Counted from the stretch's first letter, positions 9,700 through 21,537 are shown. The stretch: 36,249 nt of DNA from Octopus sinensis (GCF_006345805.1 NW_021824709.1:1-36249); one strand, 5' to 3'. A program made the numbers and translations. Notes: generated by a model not told the origin, from the sequence alone.

Positions 9700-11520
9700 A
9701 AGCGACCCCTAGTTGTATGAGTAGGGAACTTTTGCTTCTTATCACCAAACACCAGAATATCATTTCACTAGCCTGCTATTTCTCAAGCAAAACTTCCTGA
9801 TGGATGATCAAAATCAACTGTTTTGTCCAAAACTTTTAACCTGAAAAGCTTTACGAAAAGTCAATATGTTACTTTCTCTTTAACTCTCACAGAATCCTTC
9901 AGTTATTTTGAACTAGTCTTCATAAAGATTTTAGTGATTCAACAAGTCAGAATCTTAACTAAGCCACGGTTGCAATAAAACAACAGCAAATACAATTTAC
10001 CACCAGGGAACGTATCAGAAACTGACACACACACACACACACACGTGCAATATTTGTTTTGCTTATAGTTGCGCATCGAAATCAATGATGATTACGTTCT
10101 CCATCATTTGTGGATTCTTTATTGACTATATTGCAACCTTTCATACACAGCTTCAGCTAGACACAGAATATGTAAATGTTTCGCTTGGTAATGTTGAGTT
10201 CATTTCTCTATGATATCTTTAGTCCAACCACTTCAACGGTAAAACCACCAAAGCAAATGATCGTTTCTATTCATAAAAGGTCATTCCTCTTCAAAACGAC
10301 TTTAGCTGTTGAAACCGTTTCAATTATTTATGTCTTTCTTCTCTTGTTTTGGCCTTCTTTTGTCAACGTTTCTCATCTATTCAAACTACTAGTAGACATT
10401 TGTCCGGAAACAGAGACGATTGTTTACATAACTATCTCAGCCTTCCGAAGGATTCAGAGACCTGCTTGGATTTCCTTGTCCAATGTGCAATCATTTGATA
10501 TGATGATATTTAGATTGGAAAACGGTTTAATTATTCAAAAAGCGAGTGGTGCTTGTTGCAGCATCATAGTCATCCTTACTCTTCTGTCAGGTTTATTCTT
10601 TCAAAATGCATATCAGCTGCTGACATGATGCCCAGCAAACAACAGGAATACAGCCACCAGTAACTTTATCTCAATAATTTTATCAAATCTGCGTTTGGTG
10701 GTAGCCTACCGTTTTTTTAAGTTTGAAAAACTCCGTCAAGTCAACAGTTAATAGTGACTTCCACCTCTATTAAAGTTATTCTGTGCAATAATTGTATGGT
10801 CATACAGATTAAGAGATTAACAAGACGTGAGCTAACAAGTAACCATGTAACCTTGTTCGACTCGTTCTTTTATGATAAGGGGCTCCAACGTCTGCGTCCC
10901 CAAAGTTCATCCCCTCCTCACCGTAGTTTGGGACGCTGGCAACGGGTAGCGTCAGAGCTATGCCGTCGGGAACTTCGGTTCCTGGTAGGGCCACCCAAGG
11001 CGGATTGGTCTGACACCGAGTGGTATTAGGGCCACAACCCGGCTATGGTGAAAATCCTCGGAATGTCTGTTTCGGCAACCGGCGGCTCCTCGGTCGTTCT
11101 GTCCCTGCGTCTGCGGACAATCTGCGGCAAACAGGATGTCTCCACATGCGGGATTGCTGGGGACCGCTTGTGAAATCCACATATTCCCACGAAACTTCTT
11201 CCAACTTCTTCCAACGTCTGCAGTCCATCTACTCAGACCAGCATCTGTGTGGAATTGGAGGAGGAAAATCATGAATTTAAGCGAAGCAATCGAACCTTCT
11301 GAAAACAAAGTTCCTTGTTTTTTGTATGTTAAAATTTCTGATCTACAAATAGAAAGAACAAATTTTCCAAGTGTTTTTCCTGAAGCTGCCTTGTAATTAC
11401 TATATCCGTCGTGTTTGGGTCCCTGTGGAAGCCACTCTGTGACTCTGGTGTGATGTGCTCACTTATTGATTCGAATATATTTCGTGCACGAACTGCGTGG
11501 TCTAACCGCTTCCTAAACAT
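9700..11520 (-). mobile_element. Highly decayed RTE-clade LINE (RT to C-terminus) interrupted by an insertion at about 10868-11175
   Basis: Fragmentary motifs in RTE order: PESQSGFH..TTDIVITRQLQEKH..FLFVD, KFMIFLLQFH, VEQG, SNDCTLDKEIQA. Boundaries approximate. Confidence 0.65.
10868..11175 (+). other. GC-rich structured insert, resembles the 5' region of a BovB-like RTE
   Basis: GAGCTATGCCG...TAGGGCCACCCAAGGCGG resembles the BovB 5' region from recall; several stable helices visible. Confidence 0.4.
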
Positions 11521-11784
11521 GGTATCCTACCGCGAATCCAACTACATCAAACCTCGTTCACACCCGAGCCCTCTGCTAAACTATGACAGTCAAGCACTTG
11601 GAACTGTAGTACTTTTACACCGACTATTCCTAGCAACAAATGTGTTGAATCGGTAGGCTTGTTCTTTCATATACGTCACACAAACAAAGGCTCATGATTC
11701 ACAAATTCTGTAGGGCTTTAGCCGCAACTTGACTTCAGTAAAACATGGAAAAAGAAAACAAGCGTCTGCCACGCTTGGTGTTAC

Positions 11785-11992
11785 ACACACACACATAGAC
11801 ACACACACACACACACACACACCACACACACACATCACACACCTATTATGGCCACTCAGAGCGACTAAAAGATTCGATTAGACAATCTTCTATAAAGTAT
11901 TTTGTTTAAATCATAACAGTGTATATGCATGTTCCAACCAATCATACATATACACGCGTATGTATATTTGTGTATATGTGTGTGTATGTGTA

Positions 11993-12061
<69 letters not shown>

Positions 12062-12071
12062 CGTGTGTGTG
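11785..12071. repeat. (CA)n and (TG)n microsatellites
   Basis: Direct reading at about 11785-11842 and 11945-12071. Confidence 0.9.
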
Positions 12072-13040
12072 CACGAGATGCATTCAAAAGTTTTGACACT
12101 GATTTTTGTAGGGGAACCATTAATTAATTTCAAAGAAGACTCTAATCTCCTTCAAAGTAGGAACCTCTGACTCCAATGCATTTCTTGGAACTCTCGAGTC
12201 ACTTCGTGAAGGCCCCATGGAAGTCCTCCAAAGCGAAGGTGTCCAGGACTCTTGTAAAAACCTCCCTTCATCTTCTCAATGTTTTCAATTCGACTTCCCT
12301 TGAGGCTCTTCTTCAGCCTGTGGGACAATCAAAGAGAGCAAGTTCTGGACTGTAGGGACGGTGAGGGATAATTTTGATGTTCCTTTGTCTGGAGTAGTTG
12401 CTTACCAGGATGGTAAACAAATACTGATTCATTATCCGAGTGGGAAAGCTCTGACCTTTAACTTCCTCAAAACCTCCACAAACTGCTATTTGATGATCGG
12501 TTGGCAAGAGGGAACTCAGCGGATGTAGACGATGCTCTCGCTGTCGAGAAAGGGGATCATCATGAGCTTCCCGATAGACCTACTTTGCCGGGCCTTCTTG
12601 GGTCTGGGGGAATCAGGATGCTTACATTGGGTAATTTGTCTCTTGGCTTCTGAATCATACCAGCAGCTCCAGCTTTCGTCACAGTTACCAGTGTCTTAAG
12701 TACTCTTGGATTGGAGAGAATGAGCTCAACCCTCTCCCTGCCGTCCCCAATGTCTTTCTTTCTGTTTGCCGCTGAGCACCCTGAGAACAAACTTTGCACA
12801 AATTTTGGGCATGTTCAGATCTTCACGAATAATTCTGTGTACAGTTCCACACCAACTCCAAACTGTATGCGTTTGTTTTTATAAACACACAACTGTCTTC
12901 AGCCAGAAAATTGGGAATTTTCCCAAGCAGCTCCGATGTTCCGGACTTCCCTCTCCCTGCCACACTTCTCATCTCCTCTCACTTCTTCTCTGCAGTCATT
13001 GAACCTCCTGCACCAGCGTAAAACCCTTGCTTGGTTCATA
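12072..13040 (-). mobile_element. Mariner DNA transposon relic (transposase pseudogene plus one TIR)
   Basis: Minus strand: VLRWCRRFN..REEV..DE.CGR, ELILSNPRVL.TLVT, KIIPHRPYSPELA (HPPYSPDLAP motif). TIR-like ACGAGATGCATTCAAAAGTT at about 12073. Confidence 0.85.
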
Positions 13041-13140
13041 CAAGTTAATCTATAAGCAGATGTCTTATATTATTTGTTACACACATGTGAGTGAGAACAC
13101 TGAGATATTTTTGGTATCTAACATATGTCAGATACTGCGA

Positions 13141-13244
13141 GCGCTGCTTCTGATTGGTCAATCCATGGTGATGACCCGAGGTCACGGTGACAGCGCTGCT
13201 GCTGATTGGTCAATCCATGGTGATGGCCTGAGGTCACGGTGACG
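13141..13244. repeat. 52-bp tandem duplication containing CTGATTGGTCAATC
   Basis: 13141-13192 and 13193-13244 differ at only a few positions. Confidence 0.9.
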
Positions 13245-13339
13245 GCACTACTTTTGTCATTCATAAGTTACAACTAAGCGTGAAGAATTTAGTAATTGGG
13301 TTAATAAAATATGGTCGTTTATTCGTGTGTAATAAATAA

Positions 13340-13483
13340 AATACCAAACGAGTTCCCTATGGATACCGTATTTATTGCAACGAGTGGCTTGTAAACGTAT
13401 CTAACGAGCGAAAGCGAGTTAGATACGTTTACAAGCCACTCGTTGTAATAAATACGGTATCCATAGGGAACTCGTTTGGTATT
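13340..13483. repeat. 144-bp near-perfect palindrome (66-bp arms, 12-nt centre)
   Basis: Arm 13340-13405 is the reverse complement of 13418-13483 at 65/66 positions; centre GAGCGAAAGCGA. Confidence 0.95.
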
Positions 13484-13703
13484 CTCTATATATCTACTTA
13501 CTTATTATTGTGAATGTTGATTGTCTGAGTATGACTGGTCATAGTGTCGATGATTCGATTTCTAATAGAAAAACTCCCTAAAATTATTTAAAGATTTGTT
13601 GAAATATTGTACTGGAATAAATATATTGTTTTGAAATTAATTCAATGACTAACGTGTCTTCTTTTTTTAAGTCAACATTTCGCTCTGTTTTACCTTACCC
13701 AAA

Positions 13704-16700
13704 ATGTCTTTGTCAAGGAGAAAAGTGGATACAGAGTATAGATTATTTCGAGAAAGTGGTCCTTTTCTTATTTATTCGTGTAATTGAATGGCAAACCTGT
13801 GTGCTTGCTGTTTTCCCAGCAGGTTTCGGTACTCAAAGAATATAACATTCGGCGCTACTATGAGACTCATCATGCTGACAAATACAATAACTTGCAAGGA
13901 CAAATGAGAAGAGAGAAGGTCAATAAATTGTTGGCGAATCTGAAGAGACAACAGTCTGCTTTAACTCAAAGCCGAGATATCAGTCAGGCAGCAGTAAGAG
14001 TTAGCTACCTTGTTGCTAGAGAAGTAGCATTTGCAGCAAAGCCGTACTGTGAGGGTGAGTTCGTGAAAACATGCATATTGAAGGTTACAGAAATTGTATG
14101 CCCTGAGAAGTGGACAGAATTTTGCCCATATTAGCCTTACGAGAAACGCTGTGATAGATAGGATTTCAGCTCTTTCGGCAGATTTTGACGGGCAACTGAA
14201 GCACAAAGTCACGTCATCTGTTGCCTTTTCAGTTGCAATTGGTGACAGCACGGACATTACGGGTGTTCATCATCATCATTCATCATTGTTCGACCGTGGT
14301 CGAGACAATGGAATTTACCATGCTACGCCAGACTTCACGGTCCATCATGGCATTACGGAGGTCCTGTTGCTGGATGCCTGTATCCCTGGAGATTACATCA
14401 GGGTAGGAGAGTGTGCGCCCTCTGGTATTGCGAGTAGATGGCTTCCAGAGGAGAAGAGTAGAAATTACTTCTTTTTCAGCTCTACAACAATGTCCAGCAA
14501 ACTGGACTCTCCTACCTTTCACAAGAGATGACACAGGTGGTAGTTTCCCATATATTTGCATTTTGGTTGGATGGCGCTTCCACGAGAGATTTTGAGCTCT
14601 CATAAGGAGGCGAGTGTAAGTTCCATCCAACCGCCTCTCAAGCTTCTTTGATAACGTCCAGGTTTCTGAGCCATATAGTAGAATTGGTTCGACTGTGGCT
14701 TTGAAGATTTCAAGTTTGAAGTCTCTACTTAGATTTGATGACCAGATCTTATGCATGTCATTACAGGCTGACCAGGCCATACCCTTTCTAGTTAGAAAGT
14801 CTTTTCCAGATGATGGAAATATGACCCAAGATATTAATAATCAGAAACCATATTTAAGGGCGCATTGTTGAGAGTATGGATGATGCAATCACTGTTGGAC
14901 AGCACTTGTTTATGTATTCAGTTTTGGCCTCATTGAGGTAAAGACCTACACAATTTGAGGCTTGTTCAAGAGATTGTAAAAGAGACTGGGCATTGGAGAG
15001 AGAATCACTGATAAGAGCGATGTCGTCAGCAAAGTCAGTGTCTGTCAAGTACTTAGCTGGGTGTCTGGAACTTCTTCTTGGTTTTATTTCAAAGCCCTTG
15101 CCAGAGATGGTATCAACTGACATACGTAGCACATAATCAACAACAATGATGAAAAGAAATGGGGCGAGTGTGTCTCCCTGCAGTATTTCGGCTTTGATTG
15201 AGAAAGATTATGTTTCTCCGTCAGGGGTTAAGATGGTTGAAGACGTATCTGTGTAGAGGACCTTGATGGCAGAAATGATTTTGTCTGGTATCCCATAGAG
15301 CTTAAGGATTTCAAACATCTTGTACCTATCTACAGAATCGAACGCTTTAGAAAAGTCTACAAATACCATTGCAAGATCGCGATTAAATGCTTTTGATTCT
15401 TCAATAAGTCTGCGTAGGCATAGTATCTGGCTCAGCGTTGAGCGCCCATGTCTGAATCCATTTTGGTTCTTTCGGAGCAAAGGTTCAACAAAAAGGACAA
15501 GACGATTTAGGATCAGTTTGTTGTACAGTTTTGCAGCAATTGACATTAGAGATATACCCCTGTAGTTGGTGACGAGGGATAAATCGCCTTTTTTGGGTAT
15601 TGGAATGATTTGAGATTGGTGCCAAATCTTTGGAGCGACAAAGGTTGAAAGTGTGTGGTTGCAGAGGTTGAGCAAAAGTGTGTGAAATCTATCATCCTTC
15701 CAAATTACAGCTGGGATGTTGTCGGGACCAAATGCTTTCGAGGCTTTTAGTTGCTTGGTGGCTGCTGTTAGTTCAAATATGGTAAAAGGGGAGGTGTTGA
15801 TGTCCAGCGTGTCTGATATAGGCACACTTGGAAGAGTGGGGTTATCAGGGATTTTGGCATTCTTCCCAAGGAGGTTTTTAAAATGGGTTGACCAATTTTC
15901 TAAACGCTTCTTAGCTGATCCCCCTTTAATTCTAATTGATGACCCAGAATTTTTGCCTGATAGGTCTTTGATGGATTTCCAGGCGAGATGGTGTTTTTCA
16001 CTAATGTGCTCTTTGGATAGTTTACTAATTTTGCCATTGATAAAGTCGACCTCGGCGTTCAAGTAAGCCTCATCAAGATTCTTCTTGGCAGCTATGAGTT
16101 GGATCTTCAGTGACTGGGATGGAGAACGGTGGTAAGCTAGTGATATAGACGATGACATTTGGGGAATTAGAAGGTTTGTCTGGCCCCTACTCTTACGTAA
16201 CTGGCCATATTCATTCGTGGTGTAGAGGAGATTCTGACCACCACCAAGGAGTTCCTGAAGTTGGTTCCTATGATGGGCACCACGCCAGCAAATGGCATTT
16301 TCAGTTTTTTTGTTGTAGCGCTGGACAGGGTCGGAGTGTATTGGGCCCGTGCTGTCAGCGTGGCTACAGATGGCGCTCCATCAATAATTGAGAAAAAAAC
16401 AGGTGTTGTGACGCAGTTCAGAGAGAAAGTACAGACTGCAAATGGAGGACGTGATTTTTGGATATTCCATTGCATTTTGCACCAGGTGGCATTGTGTTGC
16501 AAGTAGTTTAAAATGGATCACATCATGGAAGTGGTTGTCCGAACTGTTAATTTCATCCGAACAAGAGGTCTGGGTCACCGTCAGTTTGACAATCTTCTCA
16601 GCGACATAGGCGTTACCTATGGCTGGCCATATCACACCGAGATAAGGTAGTTAAGCCGAGGTGCCGTGTTGAAGCGGTTCTTTAATCTACGTGAAGAAAG

Positions 16701-17759
16701 TGAACAGTTCACGGAGAAAAAGGGCAAACCAATGTTAGAATTTCAATCACCAGAATGGCTGCAAGATTTAGCATTTATCGTGGATATTACAGAGCACTTG
16801 AATAATCTGAACAAAATGTTGCAAAGATGTAAAAAAAAAGTTGTCCCAGTATTTTGAAAGCATACGCACGTTCAAGTTGAAGCTAACTTTGTGGGAGACA
16901 CAACTGCCAGATGGTGACCCTGATCATTTTCCTTGACTAAATGTTTATTTGAATCGTAGATAATTGCTTCATGATTCGGTACAAAGTCAATATCACGGGA
17001 TTGCTGCGAGAGTTTGAGCAACGGTTTTTTTTTTGGATGAACTTGAGACGGATTTCAGTTTCCCGCTCGCCATTTACAGTCAACGCCTCTGATCTGCCCG
17101 TCAATATCGAACTTGAAATGATTGACTTGCAGTGTGATTCAGATTTGAAGAACAAATTTACTTCGGTGGTCTTGGACACATTTATCAGTATCTTTTGCCA
17201 AAGTACCCCGAATTGACAGCCCTTGCTGCGAAAGTGTTGTTCGGGATTCCCTATCTTTGTGAACAAGTTTTCTCTGTAAGGAGCATCAATAAAACAAAGC
17301 TACGCTAAATGACATATTGAAATTGGCTGCTGATCAGGATTTGACGCCTGATATTGATGCAGATGTGAAGGAGAAAAGATGCCAAGTTTCAGGAACATAT
17401 TGAAAATAAATGATAAAAAAAGATAAAAGTGTTTTCAAATGTTTTTCAAAGTGAGTCTTTTTTTTTAATTTATAAGTTGTATACATTTACGAGGCAGAGA
17501 GATGACCATCTTCTTTAATAGTTTCATTCACTTTCATTCACTTTCACTTCTTCAATGTTTTGCAAAAGAAAAAAAAGAAGAAAATTGCTCTTTAAACATA
17601 AACATTTTCAGAAGGTGCATTTTTAACACTAAAACAAAGGAAAAAATTTGAAATTACTATTTATAGGTTCTTATGTCATGATTTTACTGGTCCGGCCCGC
17701 TTGAGATCAAATTGGGGTTGATATGTGACTTGTGAACTAAAATGAGTTTAACACCCCAG
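13704..17759 (+). mobile_element. hAT (Buster/SPIN-like, GTF2IRD2/ZBED8-type) transposon, decayed and split by a LINE
   Basis: KPVCL..LKEYNIRRYYETHH, KPYCEGEFVKTC, FSVAIGDSTDIT | LAIFIRGV, VATDGAPS, HCILHQVALC, HTEIR*LSRG. Right TIR TGAGTTTAACACCCCAG ends at 17759, followed by GTCTAGAG (TCTAGA-type hAT target). Left TIR not found. Confidence 0.9.
14268..16195 (-). mobile_element. 5'-truncated RTE-X-like LINE inserted in the hAT transposase
   Basis: ORFs 15208-16158, 14854-15132 and 14283-14780 are one RT: KAFGPDNIP, NYRGISLMSIAAKLYN, QNGFRHGRST, FVDFSKAFDSV, LQGDTLAP, FADDIAL, LLYGSETW. (GAT)n tail follows the stop directly. At least two in-frame stops and one frameshift. Clade call from recall. 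Confidence 0.9.
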
Positions 17760-17894
17760 GTCTAGAGCATTTTATAGATTTCTGTAGCGTTTTTGCCCAG
17801 TTCAACAAAACTTCATTGCATAACAATCTTCCAAATTGTCTTCACATCCTGACTGCATTCTGCAAACTAGTCAACTGTGACAAGAAGTGTTTAG

Positions 17895-18648
17895 TGAAGG
17901 CGGCGAGCTGGCAGAGACGTTAGCACGCCGGGCGAAATGCTTAGCAGTATATCGTCTGCCGTTACGTTCTGAGTTCAAATTCCGCCGAGGTCAACTTTGC
18001 CTTTCATCCTTTCGGGGTCGATTAAATAAGTACCAGTTACGCACTGGGGCCGATATAATCGACTTAATCCCTTTGTCTGTCCTTGTTTGTCCTCTCTGTG
18101 TTTAGCCCCTTATGGGTAGTAAAGAAATAGGTATTTCGTTTGCCGTTACGTTCTGAGTTCAAATTCTGCCGAGGTCGACTTTGCCTTTCATCCTTTCGGG
18201 GTCGATTAAATAAGTACCAGTTACGCACTGGGGCCGATATAATCGACTTAATCCCTTTGTCTGTCCTTGTTTGTCCTCTCTGTGTTTAGTCCCTTATGGG
18301 TAGTAAAGAAATAGGTATTTCGTTTGCCGTTACGTTCTGAGTTCAAATTCCACCGAGGTTGACTTTGCCTTTCATCCTTCGGGGTTCGATTAAATAAGTA
18401 CCAGTTACGCACTGGGGTCGATATAATCGACTTAATCCCTTTGTCTGTCCTTGTTTGTCCTCTCTGTGTTTAGCCCCTTATGGGCAGTAAAGAAATAGGT
18501 ATTTCGTTTGCCGTTACGTTCTGAGTTCAAATTCGACCGAGGTCGACTTTGCCTTTCATCCTTTCGGGGTCGATGTAATCAACTTTATGCCTTTGTCTGT
18601 ACTTGTTTGTCCCCTCTATGTTTAGACCCCTGTGGGCAATAAAGAAAT
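17895..18648 (+). mobile_element. SINE family C tandem tetramer (one head plus 184-bp units) inside a 13-bp TSD
   Basis: Units in register at 17946, 18130, 18314 and 18498. AAGAAGTGTTTAG at 17882-94 and 18649-61. Confidence 0.9.
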
Positions 18649-18714
18649 AAGAAGTGTTTAGCAGGATGTGTTCAAACGGCTATTACAGCCATCTCCTTCA
18701 ATCTGGAATAAGAA

Positions 18715-19080
18715 AGCTGGAAGGTCAGCTTATTTCGTGTATTTCGTTTTTGTATCTGGTTTGCAAGATTCTTTATGTGAATTTGTAGATGGAAGAGAAA
18801 CAAATATTTCTTTTGTCTTAATTGATAGATTTAATCAAGATAATATTTGCTCTCGTTATACGTGACATTATCTCATCTATTCGGTAAACTGTTAATCCCT
18901 CGGCCGCAAAAGTCTTCAGGTTTCGCAGCAATGAAATACTCAATGGCGTTTTGAACCTCTTCACAATAAAAAAGAAAAAACAAACGTCTGAAAATGTCAA
19001 GTGAGCTGGAACAAGCTCGAGAAAGTAAGAAAGATGAAGCAAAAAAAAAATATGATATATGTGATTCTCCCTAACACAAC
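18715..19080 (-). mobile_element. Mariner transposase C-terminal relic
   Basis: Minus strand LLHLSYFLELVPAH (degenerate HPPYSPDLAPSD) and EEVQNAIEYFIAAKPEDF..GINSLPNR*..YYLD; alignable to 20225-20520. Confidence 0.65.
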
Positions 19081-19232
19081 AAAATTATTAGATGTATATT
19101 AAAGATATACTAAACTTAGGATAATCTCGAAGAGTCATAAGTCTTTCACCTAAAAATGTCTCATTACTTCTGGAATGCACCTCGTATACTGAAGAATTTA
19201 GTTGGAGCCACGTTTTATTCCCTTTCCTATAC

Positions 19233-19404
19233 AGGCGCAGGAGTGGCTGTGTGGTAAGTAGCTTGCTAACCAGCCACATGGTTCCTGGTTCAGTCCCACT
19301 GCGTGGCATCTTGGGCAAGTGTCTTCTGCTATAGCCCCGGGCCGACCAATGCCTTGTGAGTGGATTTGGTAGACGGAAACTGAAAGAAGCCTGTCGTATA
19401 TATG

Positions 19405-19439
<35 letters not shown>

Positions 19440-19656
19440 TTGTGTGTCTGTCCCCCTAGCATTGCTTGACAACCGATGCTGGTGTGTTTACGTCCCCGTC
19501 ACTTAGCGGTTCGGCAAAAAAGAGACCGATAGAATAAGTACTGGGCTTACAAAGAATAAGTCCCGGGATCGATTTGCTCGACTAAAGGCGGTGCTCCAGC
19601 ATGGCCGCAGTCAAATGACTGAAACAAGTAAAAGAGTAAAAGAGAGTAAAGAGTAA
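19233..19656 (+). mobile_element. SINE family A, full length
   Basis: AGGCGCAGGAGTGGCTGTGTGGTAAG head through a (GTAAAAGA)n tail. Confidence 0.92.
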
Positions 19657-19974
19657 TTCTAAAGTAAATTTAAAAGGTATAATGCGAAATCTCATAAAGA
19701 GAAGTAAGTGACGTGTGCAAACATGTGCCTAATCCGTTTGTCCAACAAAACTCCGATGTTAGCTGGGTTGCATTTTCTTTTGGATGTATCTCGCATTTCA
19801 GATGACTCCAGGGAAATATCTCAACAATTTCTTCTTTATTTCCTATTTGTATCTTTTTATTTATTATTATTTTTTTTAGTGGGGTGTGTATAATTTAATA
19901 ATGTTGAAGGAAGATGCTGAACTTCAATAACTGAATTTAAAAAGACGGCAACAATAAAACCAAAACACATACAT

Positions 19975-20081
19975 AAGCGCCCCCCACACACACATACAAA
20001 CACAAACACGCGTGTGCATACACACACATACACACATACATATATATATATACACACATATATACGTATGTATCTATATTC

Positions 20082-20115
<34 letters not shown>

Positions 20116-20200
20116 GTATATATGTGCATGTATAGATATATACCTATATAGATACACACACACATACATACACACTCAAACGCAAATACACACACATACA
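19975..20200. repeat. Mixed (CA)/(TA) microsatellite
   Basis: Direct reading. Confidence 0.85.
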
Positions 20201-20560
20201 TATAAGGTTGGAAAGAAAGTCTTGTTGCATTTGAAGAATTTGAAGATGGAAAAGAAATAAATTCTTCTTTGGTTTCGACTTTTTTAATCAGGATAATATT
20301 TCTCCTCATTATTCATAACATAATCCCATCTATTTAGCAAACGGCTAATCCCTAGGCTGTAAAAATTCTTCAGATTTGGAAGCAAAGAAACACTCAATAT
20401 CATTTTGAATCTCTTCTTCACAGTTATAAATAAACGAATCGTCTGAAAATACGAAAGTGAGCTGGAACAAGATCTTCAAAGTAAGGAGGAGGAGGAGGCA
20501 AAATTTCTATATTTGGTGTCATGAGGTTTTCCTGGGTGATTTTGTATTATCGTTTAAGAA

Positions 20561-21278
20561 CAACACTCCTTTATGATTGACCAACACTCCTTTATGATTG
20601 ACCAACACTCCTCTATGATTGACCAACACTCCTTTATGATTGACCAACACTCCTCTATGATTGACCAACACTCCTCTATGATTGACCAACACTCCTCTAT
20701 GATTGACCAACACTCCTTTATGATTGACCAACACTCCTCTATGATTGACCAACACTCCTCTATGATTGACCAACACTCCTCTATGATTGACCAACACTCC
20801 TCTATGATTGACCAACACTCCTCTATGATTGACCAACACTCCTTTATGATTGACCAACACTCCTTTATGATTGACCAACACTCCTTTATGATTGACCAAC
20901 ACTCCTCTATGATTGACCAACACTCCTCTGTGATTAACCAACACTCCTTTGTGATTGACCAACACTCCTCTATGTTTAACCAACACTTCTCTATGATTAA
21001 CCAACACTCCTCTATGATTGACCAACACTCCTTTATGATTGACCAACACTCCTCTATGATTGACCAACACTCCTCTATGATTAACCAACACTCCTCTATG
21101 ATTGACCAACACTCCTTTATGATTGACCAACACTCCTTTATGATTGACCAACACTCCTCTATGATTGACCAACACTCCTTTATGATTGACCAACACTCCT
21201 CTATGATTGACCAACACTCCTTTATGATTGACCAACACTCCTTTATGATTGACCAACACTCCTTTATGATTGACCAAC
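20561..21278. repeat. 21-bp minisatellite CAACACTCCT(T/C)TATGATTGAC, about 34 copies
   Basis: 718 bp / 21 = about 34 units; two main T/C variants; a few degenerate units near 20920-21010. Confidence 0.97.
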
Positions 21279-21340
21279 GATGGGTGCTTTATTTGCAGAT
21301 TTTGAGCAATGCTTCCAATTAACAATGCTTCTCCGTATTA

Positions 21341-21537
21341 AGGCGGCGAGCGGAGAGAATGGTTAGCATCATTTCGTCCATCTTTACGTTCAGAGTTCAA
21401 ATTACGCCGGGGCCTACTTTGCCTTTCATCCTTCCGAGGTCGATAAAATAAGTACCAGTTGAGCACGGGCGTTGATATAATTGACTTAAATCTTTCCCCA
21501 GACTCTTGGCCTTGTACAAAATGTTAAAACCAATATT
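21341..21537 (+). mobile_element. SINE family D
   Basis: GGCGGCGAG head, GAGTTCAAAT, CTTTGCCTTTCATCCTTCCGAGGTCGATAAAATAAGTACC core, TTGGCCTTGTACAAAATG tail. Confidence 0.8.

Noticed and set aside
13149-13165. Shared 10-mer GATTGACCAA between the 52-bp duplication and the 21-bp minisatellite
   Set aside because: Short match; the two repeats have independent explanations, so likely chance.
18760-20520. Two similar ~290-bp blocks (18760-19060, 20225-20520) as a duplicated host exon
   Set aside because: Both translate on the minus strand as mariner C-termini; they are independent transposon relics.
20573-21322. 249-aa MIDQHSS repeat ORF as a host protein, or the array as CRISPR
   Set aside because: Antisense frame of a transposon-derived minisatellite; units are contiguous with no unique spacers, in eukaryotic context.
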